Assembly (NCBI RefSeq): GCF_018350175.1
Contig: NC_058368.1
Location: forward strand, 140,308,001-140,372,000
Source: Felis catus
Lineage: Eukaryota
Length of the DNA: 64,000 nucleotides
Reading direction: 5' to 3'
The notes under the pieces were generated by a model. That model saw only the letters and a program-made list of their open reading frames with translations. It was not told the DNA's origin and searched no databases. Numbering within the stretch: the first letter of the stretch is position 1; the number at the start of each line of letters is the position of its first letter. Shown here piece by piece: positions 26,915 through 36,958 of the stretch. The translations under genes were made by a program, and so were the position numbers.

Positions 26915-28633
26915 AGATGTTTCCTGGTCTATCCACTAGTGTGACGTAGTTCTGTGCTGTAGCCTGACATTTAAAACATTGCTTTTGCTTCATTCAGCCA
27001 TGTGAAGCTTTTCTTTTTCATCCAGTGTGTAAAATAATAGGATCCAGATCTTTTTTAAAAAGACATTCTTTCTGAGAAGCTCTCAGATCAAATGCGAAGT
27101 GAACATGGTATGTTTTCTCTGTTCCATCATAAAATTTCTTCTGTGTTTTTGGATATTTGAGGCTTTTGAATTTCCGCTACATAGAACACGGAGAGTAGAC
27201 ATCCTCTCCTGAAGTTTGTGATGTGGTTAATTTATCAGTTCATACAATCCCCATGTGTTAAATTCCCAGGTAACATTTATTAATCTAAGATTGATACAGC
27301 GTGTCACTGATGTTTATGTCATTGGTCAACAAATTCTGTTTATGAGTGAGTATGCATCGACCTGAAATTGAGTGTGGCCTCAAATCCTGGTGGAGAAGAT
27401 TCTGATATGTAACTTCAGCTTTGTGGCTTTGAGGAAGTTGTCACCCTCAGAATCTCACTTGGCTCTTGTGTAAATAATGAATAATTACACTGCTCTCTTA
27501 GGGATGGCCTGAGTTTTGTTCACAAAAGGACTTATAAATGGCCAGCAATGCCAAAAACTAAAATTTTGCCTAATATAATTCACCTATGCCTGTATACATT
27601 TCCTCTCTGTTTTCAATTAGATTTTTTTTATCCTTCATTATTTCTCCTTTAGAATTATGTTTGAATGTAGCTTTTAACCATTCTATCCTCATCCAAATAT
27701 TGGCTTTCTTTTAGTTCTTAAAGAGTTTTCTGTTTGTATCCCATAATGCTTGTTTTTATTATATATATTATAGTTAAAATACTATTTAGAAATTTAAAAT
27801 TCTCTTGATCTATTTTAGGACACGTGCATATGGAGAGATACCACAACTGCCGTTTCTTAATAATTGTACTGGTCTGGGTGCTGGGCAGCAAACCTAAGAC
27901 ACCCTTTCAAAGGATCACTAAAGAGTCATGTGGAAACAGTTAAAAGAAACTGGTAGGGAATAATAAAGTACCCAGGAGCTTGTAGCAGGAGGATATCTTG
28001 TACCCACCAGGGCATCAAAGGGCAAGAAGAGGGAGGGACTGCCAGAAGTTGACAAGAGCTATGACTATAGAAGAAGGGCCCAGAGGGCAAGCATAACCAA
28101 TGCCAAACCTCCACCCAGCCAGGGCAAGGCAGAAGGGTAGCAACGGAAATAAGTGTCCTGTCCCCACTCTCTGCTCTCCTGCCCCTGCTTCCTTTATCCA
28201 AACCCAGTGGAAGCCAATGGGCAAGGGAGCCAGTTGACTCCCTTCATAGTGGTCTGTTTCCTGGCACACAGCAGGCTGGAGAGGAGTGGGCAGTCAGCGA
28301 CTGGAGGAGCAAACCAAAATGCCCATCACAGTGGTCTGTTGGAAAAAAACATTCCAAATTCATCATGGCCTTTGGAATTTGGTTGTACAGAAGCACACAT
28401 GCACCCCCATACTTAAGCCCTGACCCCTTTGGTTTTTCTTTCACCACTCCTATCAGTGGTTGTGTAGTTGAGCTGGCCACTGTGGCTAATCCCCACGCTG
28501 GTTCGTTCTTCTCTATTAAGACTTGATTAATAAATTTGCAGTGTGGACACCCACGATGATGGCGGGGTCCTCGCTTTCCCAGAAGGCAGTCTGAGGGTCA
28601 CTCTCCTTCACTCTTCTCTTCTTCCTTTTCCAG

Positions 28634-28767
28634 GATGGAGCTTCAGCATGGGATCAGCCTACCAGTTTCATAGTTGGCGTGTGTTCGTGATAGTCTGTGC
28701 GCTCCCCTGTGTCTCCTCAGTGGTGGCCCTCACATTCATGCCTGAAAGCCCACGGTTCTTGTTAGAG
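28634..28767 (+). CDS. SV2C: SV2C coding exon (human exon 5 equivalent), 134 bp
   Basis: Acceptor cttccttttccag, donor GAG|gtaaca. Translates (G)WSFSMGSAYQFHSWRVFVIVCALPCVSSVVALTFMPESPRFLLE, matching recalled SV2C and containing the MFS PESPRF motif. Confidence 0.97.
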
Positions 28768-29236
28768 GTAACACCTATAACTACAAATATTCAAGGAAGC
28801 TACATATGTTGGAAAGAGTTCCTTGTGAATTCTAGGAAAGTGTGTTTACCTCTTTAGGAGGTACGTTTTCCCTTGCTGCTATGGAACCATGGAGGGGTTG
28901 GCTTCATGGGGATATGCTTTTAAAGGATCAGTGTGTGAAAAAGCTTTCTCGTGGCCAGAAAGCACTAATGTTCCTCCCGAAGCAAGTAACTTTTCACTTA
29001 GTGAAGAGAAGATGTCTTATTTTTTTATACATGAAATTTTAGCAGCCAAAGATGCTATTTATAGTTACAGGTACACCCATCCACTGAACTGCTAATGTAC
29101 TTAAGGATATCCAGTGGGATATCCCATTGGCACAGTTACACCCAATTTGATCTGACAACACAAGATGGTCATGGGAAAATCAGGGAGTATAAGTGTTTCA
29201 TCTTTTAGCACCTCACTGTCTATTTGCATTTCTTAG

Positions 29237-29326
29237 GTTGGAAAGCATGATGAAGCTTGGATGATTCTGAAGTTAATTCATGATACAAACATGAGAGCGC
29301 GGGGTCAGCCTGAGAAAGTATTCTCG
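29237..29326 (+). CDS. SV2C: SV2C coding exon (exon 6 equivalent), 90 bp
   Basis: tttcttag|GTT...TCG|gtgagt. Translates VGKHDEAWMILKLIHDTNMRARGQPEKVFS; phase 0-0, in frame with neighbours. Not in the ORF track; found by reading. Confidence 0.96.
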
Positions 29327-29579
29327 GTGAGTACTTGCTTCTCAGACAATCCTCTACGCCAGGGGCCAGGAAACCTTTCCTGAAAAGGCCAGATTGTGGA
29401 TTTTTCTCTCTCTGCACCAGCTACGCTTATCTTTCAATTCCTCATATTTCTGTTTCACTGAGACATGTTCCACTTACTGCCCTTGTGAGTACTGTTCACT
29501 CTGCATGGAATGCTCTTCCATCCTCTAGTTACAAAATTTATTCTCAATGGGGAATGCTGGTCTAAATTATTAAAAATTA

Positions 29580-29744
29580 GGGGCACCTGCGTGGCTCAGT
29601 TGGTTAGGTGCCAACTTTGGCTCAGGTCATGATCTCACGGTTTGTGGGTTCGAGCCCTCATCGGGCTGTGTACTGACAGCTTGGAGCCTGCAACCTGCTT
29701 CAGATTCTGTGCCTTCCTCTCTCTCCACCCCTCCCCTGCTCACA

Positions 29745-29804
<60 letters not shown>

Positions 29805-29822
29805 AATAAACTAAAAAAAAAA
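29580..29822 (+). mobile_element. CanSINE with long (CT)n
   Basis: ggggcacctgcgtggctcag head; about 26 CT units; A tail. Confidence 0.92.
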
Positions 29823-30006
29823 TTTAATTACTGAAAATTGGATGCATAGAATTTTTTGAAGGAACAATGGTTTTTAAATCTTTTTACATATGCAGTCATA
29901 TACAATTTGACTAATGTTTTATCTGAAAGAGGTTTAGGCAGACATATCATAAGACATGAGGTGAACATAAATAAGATCTTCAGTGTCTTATAAATGATGT
30001 CAACAA

Positions 30007-31530
30007 TAGGTCTTTTGATGGCTTCCTGTCTTACATTTAGGTCTTTCACCAATTTTGAGTTTATTTTTGTGTATGGTTTAAGAAAGTGGTCCAGATTCAT
30101 TCTTCCCCATGTCGCTGTCCAGTTTTCCCAGTACCACTTGCTGAAGAGACTGTCTTTATTCCATTGGATATTCTTTCCTGCATTGTCATAGATTAGTTGG
30201 TCATACGTTTGTGGGTCCATTTCCAGGTTCTCTATTCTGTTCCATTGATCTGAGTGTCTGTTCTTGTGCCATTACCATACTGTCTTGATGATTACAGCTT
30301 TGTAGTAGAGCTTGAAGTCCGGGATTGTGATGCCTCCTGCTTTGGTTTTCTTTTTCAAGATCGCTTTGGCTATTCAGTGTCTTTTCTGATTCCAGACAAA
30401 TTTTAGGATTATTTGTTCTAGCTCTGTGAAGAATGCTGGTGTTATTTTGTTAGGGATTGCATTGAATATGTAGATTGCTTTGGGCAGTATTGACATTTTA
30501 ACAATATTTGTTCTTCCTATCCAGGAGCATGGAATCTTTTTCCATTTTTTTGGTGTCTTTTTTCAACTTCTTTCATAAGCTTTCTATAGTTTTCAGTGTA
30601 TGGATTTTTCAACTCTTTGGTTAGATTTATTCCTGAGTTACGGTTTTGGGTGCAATTGTAAATGGGATCGATTCCTTGATTTCTCTTTCTGTTGCTTCAT
30701 TGTTGGTGTATAGGAATGCAACCGATTTCTGTGCGTTGATTTTATATCCTGCAACTTTGCTGAATTCATGAATCAATTCTAGCAGTTTTTTAGTGGAATC
30801 TTTTGGGTTTTCCATATAGAGTATCATGTCATCTGCAAAGAGTGAAAGTTTGACCTCCTCCTGGCTGATTTGAATGCCTTTTATTTCTTTATGTTGTCTG
30901 ATTGCAGAGGCTAAGACTTCCAATACTATATTGAATAACAGCGATGAGAGTGGACATCCCTGTCTTGTTCCTGACCTTAGGGGGAAAGCTCTTTGTTTTT
31001 CCCCATTGAGTATGGTATTAGCATTGAGTCATTCATATATGGCTTTTATGATCTTGAGGTATGCTCCTTCTATCCCTACTTTCATGAGGGTTTTTATCAA
31101 GACAGGGTGCTGTATTTTGTCCAATGCTTTCTCTGCATCTATTGAGAGGATTATATGGTTCTTGTCCTTTCTTTTATTGATGTGATGAATCACATTAATT
31201 ATTTTGCGGATATTGAACCAGCCCTGCATCCCAGGTATAAATCCCACTTGGTCGTGGTGAATAACTTTTTAATGAACTGTTGGATCCGGTTGGCTAATAT
31301 CTTGTTGAGGATTTTTGCATCCATGTTCATTAGGGAAATTGGTCTATAGTTCTCCTTTTTCGTGGGGTCTCTGTCTGGTTTTGGAATCAAGGTAATGCTG
31401 GCTTCATAGAAAGAGCTTAGGAGTTTTCCTTCCATTTCTATTTTTTGGAACAGCTTCAAGAGAATAGGTGTTAACTCTTCCTTAAATGTTTGGTAGAATT
31501 CCCCTGGAAAGCCATCTGGCCTGGACTCTT
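30007..31530 (-). mobile_element. Internal L1 ORF2 (reverse transcriptase) fragment, relatively young
   Basis: Minus-strand ORFs [50 protein letters not shown] and [11 protein letters not shown] are L1 RT; broken by frameshifts. Confidence 0.96.
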
Positions 31531-31854
31531 CCAAGCAAAATAATTCTTAATCCAGAAGCTAATCTCTCTGAATGTTTTATCTGCTAATGTGTGCCTTTGT
31601 GGTTAAGATTCAAAGAAGGGTATTTTTGTTTCATATTATTCCATTGCTACTTGTTCTTCCCCTTTACTCTATGGTACTCCCTTTCATTTGCTTCTTTTAG
31701 GTGGTGTTGGGATCTGTATACTTGTGCCAATGGTCTCATATATGAATGGAGTGATTATATACTTTCTGTGGGAGTTGGGTTTTGCTTCTTTCAAAACAAA
31801 TTATAAGCCTTCAGAGAAGAGAACTCAGCACTTACCCTGTGTCGCTCTTTACAG

Positions 31855-31965
31855 GTAAACAGAATCAAAACCCCAAAACAAATAGATGAACTGATTGAAA
31901 TTGAGAGTGACACAGGAACATGGTACCGGAGGTGTTTTGTTCGGATCCGGACAGAACTCTACGGA
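31855..31965 (+). CDS. SV2C: SV2C coding exon (exon 7 equivalent), 111 bp
   Basis: ctctttacag|GTA...GGA|gtaagt. Translates VNRIKTPKQIDELIEIESDTGTWYRRCFVRIRTELYG (cytosolic loop). Confidence 0.96.
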
Positions 31966-32415
31966 GTAAGTGAAAAGTGTGCCCTGACTTGCTGCCCAAC
32001 CTGTTGCATTTGACGTTGGTCAGAAGCAGGATTGATTGCAATAGTTCCATGAGTGGGGCTGTGCCCGCTTCTGCCCAGGTCACCTAATTCCCGCACTAGC
32101 ACCAGGTAAAAGGATCCCCATGGGATAAGCAGGCTAGCCAAGACACTCCATCTTTGGGAAGGAAAAGTGCTAGGCAAGGAGTCTTGGCTGGGATGGGGTG
32201 CCCTGAGGTCTTGGGTTACTTTGCCCACTGGCCTGCAGGAAGCTAAAAGGTGAAACTTGCAGTATTTGGTTCCCTACAGCCTTCAGGTTTTACATTTTAA
32301 GTTGGAATGAATCTGGCTGAAAGAAAACTCAGTGTTTTTGTAACTGGTGAAGGGGGTTGGGGAGTGGGTTGGCTGGCTAACTGTGAAAGAAAACTAACTC
32401 TTGCGTATTTCACAG

Positions 32416-32504
32416 ATTTGGTTGACTTTTATGAGATGTTTCAACTACCCAGTCAGGGATAATACAATAAAGCTTACAATTGTTTGGTTCACCCTGTCCT
32501 TTGG
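32416..32504 (+). CDS. SV2C: SV2C coding exon (exon 8 equivalent), 89 bp
   Basis: atttcacag|ATT...TTTGG|gtaagt. Translates IWLTFMRCFNYPVRDNTIKLTIVWFTLSF(G). Confidence 0.96.
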
Positions 32505-32739
32505 GTAAGTAATATTTAAATTCTTCGTGAGTGAAATCTGTACATTTCCACCCTATAACTCCCAGTCACACTGCTTTCCTTTCTTATACTGTTTGATGCT
32601 GTTAATGTGCTAGGAAAGTTTTTTTTTTTTTCCAGTTTAGATTTGCTGACAATTATAGTTTTTATAAACGACTTATCTTTATTTGTCCTAAAGCTGGGTG
32701 GCAAAACCAGTAGTGCTTGAAAAGCCCGACGAGACCATG

Positions 32740-33202
32740 GGTGATTTGCTCCCCATGGCTTCTCCAGCCTTCTCTCCTCATTTGTTCGGCACCAGCCGCA
32801 CTGGCTTCTTTGCTTTTCCTCGAACATGCCAGAACTGCTCTCATCTTAGGGAACTGCCTTGGCACTGCCCCCAGATACTGTCCAGCTCATTTTCTCGCCT
32901 CTTTTGGAACTTTGCTCAGAGGTCACCTTCTCAGAGTCACCTTCCCTAACCACTTATCTTAATTGCAGCCCCTCAGTACCTCCTACCCCCTTCTCAGCCT
33001 TATTATCCCTCCCACCCCAAGCACCTTCCATTTCTAATATACAAAAAGTATCTTCATTCTGCTCAATGAGATATTTATGAGAATAAAGCTCATCTCCCTC
33101 TCTCTGGAAGCTCTGGGAGAACAGGGATTTTTAAGCTGTTTTGTTCACTGCCATATCCCCCTGGTACATAGTAAGCACTCAATAAATAGTTGCTAAATGA
33201 GT
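32740..33202 (+). mobile_element. L2 3' end
   Basis: gttcactgccatatcccc...catagtaagcactcaataaatagttg. Confidence 0.75.
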
Positions 33203-33335
33203 AAAACCACCATATATGTGTTCTAAGAAAAGAGGAGGTAGGAAGAAAATTCCAGAATTTTGTTTGCTAATAGTTTCAGAATATTTGTGTCCAACTCTAT
33301 TTTGCCTAGTTTATTGTTTAAAAGAGGCAGTTAGA

Positions 33336-33566
33336 GGGGCACCTGGGTGGCGCAGTCGGTTAAGCGTCCGACTTCAGCCAGGTCACGATCTCGCGGTCCG
33401 TGAGTTCGAGCCCCGCGTCAGGCTCTGGGCTGATGGCTCGGAGCCTGGAGCCTGTTTCCGATTCTGTGTCTCCCTCTCTCTCTGCCCCTCCCCTGTTCAT
33501 GCTCTGTCTCTCTCTGTCCCAAAAAAAAATAAATAAACGTTGAAAAAAAAATTAAAAAAAAAAAAA
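33336..33566 (+). mobile_element. Young felid SINEC_Fc-type SINE
   Basis: Near-consensus body; perfect 16-bp TSD aaaagaggcagttaga (33320-33335 and 33563-33578). Confidence 0.96.
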
Positions 33567-34570
33567 GAGGCAGTTAGAGAATGCCCTACACTTTTAGGTC
33601 AATAGGCTCTTAGTGCCTAGGGGAGCCCGACATGTATGCCCCAGGTTCTGTCTCTAAACATCCCTGACTTACAACAGTAAACTGCAAAATAACCAATCTT
33701 TTGCAGTGCCATGGTGTGTGGTAAATGGAGAGAGGAGGGAAGTGTGGATCAGGAGACCTAATATCTCATCCTGCTCTGTGACCTGAAGACACTCCCAAGT
33801 TTTATTTCCTTATTTCCAATTTAGGAGGGTTGGTTCAGAATATGTAAAGTTACTCCCACTCAAGTTCTAAAAGGCACATTAATCTATGAAGACAGAGAAG
33901 GCTGAAAAGTAATAGGTATTTTGTACCTACTATGTGGTAAACACTTGGCTAGGTACAAAAATAAGCCTGTCGAAAGTTCTACTCTTAATGTGGAGATTTA
34001 CACGGTAATATCGGGTTTGTTTATATTTTGTTACTTATGACTGACCACATTTTAAACTTTCTGGTTTCCTTATAATACCCCTGAAATGTCAAATAGTGCC
34101 TAGCATTTAGTGGATATTCAGTAAATGTTTACTGAATAAATAAAATATTAGCTGAAATTCCTCCACGTCACTGATGATGTATGTTCCAGGGTAGTGTGCT
34201 TCTGTCACTGTTGCCATTTTTAAAGATTTTTGTCCCGTGTATATGAGTAAAAAGCCTTGTGATAGATGGTGCATCCATGAGTCATTTCTGATTTAGTTGC
34301 CACCACTCTAAATCATTAGATTTAGTAAGTAATTAATTCATGGTCTATGAAGAGAAGGGCTTGGAATCTCTGGAATCCCAAGGCAGAGATGTTTGAGAAA
34401 TCCTAATGACAGCGATGATGATAAAAACTAGTCTTTTGAGCCCTCACTATGTGCTAGGTCCTTGGCATCCCATTTAACATGAGTAACCACCAGGCGGGTA
34501 CTGTCATCATTCGCAAATTAGAGATGGGGTCACTCAGGCTTAGGTAAGTGTGCATCAGAAGAATCACCTA

Positions 34571-34805
34571 GCCAGGTCACGATCTCGCGGTCCGTGAGTT
34601 CGAGCCCCGCGTCAGGCTCTGGGCTGATGGCTCAGAGCCTGGAGCCTGTTTCCGATTCTGTGTCTCCCTCTCTCTCTGCCCCTCCCCCGTTCATGCTCTG
34701 TCTCTCTCTGTCCCAAAACTAAATAAACGTTGAAAAAAAAAATTTAGAACGGATTCCCAATGACCTGGAAAATACTCATTAAAAAAAAAAAAAAAAAAAA
34801 AAAAA
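34571..34805 (+). mobile_element. 5'-truncated SINEC_Fc-type SINE with an extra unique segment and second poly(A), inserted in a MER5A
   Basis: TSD agaagaatc(a/g)cctag at 34557-34571 and 34805-34819; MER5A-like sequence resumes to about 34947. Confidence 0.93.
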
Positions 34806-35215
34806 GAAGAATCGCCTAGAGGGCTCCCTGCCCAGAGTTTCTGATGCATTCAGTCTGCATGACACCTGAGAGTTTGCATTTGCAACAAGTTTTCAGGCAA
34901 TGCTGATGCCTGCTACTGGTCCTCAGACCCTTCTTTGGGAACCACCATCTTAGAGCAGCACTGTCCAATAGCAATGAAATGCAAGTCACATGTGTCGTTT
35001 TAAATTTTCTAGCAGCCACACTAAAGAAAATAAAAGGAAACAGGTGAAATTAATTGTAATACTTTATTTAATTCATTATGCCCCAAATAGTGTAATTTCA
35101 ATGCACAATCAATATAAAAATGATTAATGACTTAATTTTAAGTTCTTTTTTTCATAAGTCTCCAAATTTGGTATTTTGCACTTATAGCACATCTCATTCG
35201 ATCTAGCCACATTTC

Positions 35216-35623
35216 TTGTTTTGTTTTGTTTTTTTAAGTTTTTATTTCAGATTCCAGTTAACACACAGGATAGTATTAGTCTCAGGTGTACAATATAATG
35301 ATTCAACACTTCTGTAAAACACCTGGTGCTCATCTCGCCAAGTGCCCTCCTTAATCCCTATAACCCATTCCCCATATCCCCCCATCCACCTCCCCTCTGG
35401 TAACCGTCAGTTTGTTCTCTACAGTTATGAGTCTTTTTCTTGGTTTGCCTCTTTTTTTTCCCCTTTATTCCTGTGTTTTGTTTCTTAAATTTCACATATG
35501 ACGGGAGTCATATGGTATCTTTCTTTGTCTGACTGACTTATTTCACTTATCATAATACTCTTTAGCTCTATCCATGACATTGCAAATGGCAAGATTTCAT
35601 TCTTTTTTTAAGGCTGAGTAATA

Positions 35624-35663
<40 letters not shown>

Positions 35664-35664
35664 C

Positions 35665-35705
<41 letters not shown>

Positions 35706-36148
35706 GCTTCTTAATCCATTCATCAGTCAATGGACTTGGGCTACTTCCATAATTTGTGTGTTGTTGATAGTGCTGCTATAAATATCAGGCTGCATGTATC
35801 CCTTTGAATTAGTAGTTTTGTATTCTGTGGGTAAATACCTAGTAGTGAATTTGCTGGATCATAGACATTTTTCTAAAGAAGATATAGATATGGCCAACAG
35901 ACACATGAAGAGGTACCGTAACTGATCATCAGGGAAATACAAATCAAAACTACAATGAGATACCATCTCACACCTGTCAAAAGGGCTAAAATCAACAACA
36001 CAAGAAACAAGGGTAAGGATGTGGAGAAGGGGGAATCTTCCTGCACTGTTGGTGGGAGTGCAAACTGGTGCAGCCACTCTCGAAAACAGTGTGAAGTTTC
36101 CTCAAAAAGTTAAAAATAGAACTACCCTACGACCCAGCAATTGCACTC
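35216..36148 (-). mobile_element. Carnivore L1 3' fragment with 5' inversion
   Basis: Antisense tail and 3' end at 35216-35864, sense ORF2-end piece at 35861-36148, TSD gccacatttc. Confidence 0.88.
35626..35702. repeat. Compound (TG)n(CG)n(TG)n microsatellite
   Basis: About 77 bp of uninterrupted purine-pyrimidine alternation. Confidence 0.95.
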
Positions 36149-36799
36149 GCCACATTTCAACCACTGAGTACCCACATGTGGTTAGTAGCTGCTGTACTGA
36201 AGAACCCAGCAGCATGACTTAGTTGTCATATGCTAGCATAATATATTAGAAGGTAAGGCATAATACATTAGAGGGAAATAACCTGCATGTCCCTTTTCCC
36301 AGCCTCAAACCCCTTGAGAAATGGTTCTCTGCCCTCAGGCTAGCAGGATCACAGGAGTGTAGAAACCAAGAAATATTCCCCATTAGTAAGGAGGTCATTC
36401 TTTAAGGGTACTCACATTTTGGATCCTAGGAGTTAGTACGAGCAGACTGGGAGACAAGGTTGCTCAGTGAAGCCTGAGGTGATGAGAAAAACTTCAGCAT
36501 CAGGATGCCATGTGGTTGATATAGGCTGCATGTTCCTTTCCAAAGGAAGAGTGCAGGAATCATACATCTCAGGTTCCCTAGGTCAAGTCGTCTCTCTAGC
36601 TTGATTTTTGCAGAGTTCACCATGGCGAGGAGGGGGCAATACAGATTACCGTTTAATGATTCCTAATGTTACAGGGAGACAGTCACAATCAGAAGAGCTT
36701 CTCCAGGGACCGCCACCTCTCTGAAAATGTCAGGGAGGCGGTCATTGCCACTGGTATGCTGGCACCTTTACAAACTCGCTCTTGTTTTTGTCGTTGCAG

Positions 36800-36958
36800 A
36801 TACTATGGATTATCTGTTTGGTTCCCTGATGTCATTAAACATCTGCAGTCGAATGTGTTGCCAATCGAAAAGATAGAGAGAGAAAAATTTTCAAATTTCA
36901 CTGTTAACTTGACAATAGCAAACGAGTTGCATATTGGAGCGGAATACGACAATGGCAG
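36800..36958 (+). CDS. SV2C: SV2C coding exon (exon 9 equivalent), 159 bp; end of TM7 and start of luminal domain 4
   Basis: tcgttgcag|A TAC...GGC AG|gtccag. Translates YYGLSVWFPDVIKHLQSNVLPIEKIEREKFSNFTVNLTIANELHIGAEYDNG(R). Both ends match SV2C, the middle is strongly diverged, and phase 2-2 fits both neighbours. Confidence 0.93.

Larger units (their letters stand above)
1..28633 (+). other. SV2C: Distal part of the long SV2C intron preceding the exon 5 equivalent
   Basis: The first exon in the window starts mid-codon after an acceptor. No upstream SV2C exon (...AWAIIPHY) was seen in the window. Confidence 0.8.
34955..36200. mobile_element. MER33/MER3-like hAT MITE split by an L1 insertion
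   Basis: cagcactgtccaatag...tttaaattttctagcagccaca...tagccacatttc, then L1, then gccacatttcaa...cacatgtggttagtagctgc. Confidence 0.7.

Noticed and set aside
30627..31534. Reverse transcriptase ORFs as a novel RT system or domesticated gene
   Set aside because: Plain L1 ORF2 sequence, split across frames, with no start, promoter or splice context.
31851..31860. CAG|GTAAAC at the exon 7 start resembling a recursive splice site
   Set aside because: Explained by the conserved Val-Asn codons; the intron is short and nothing else supports it.
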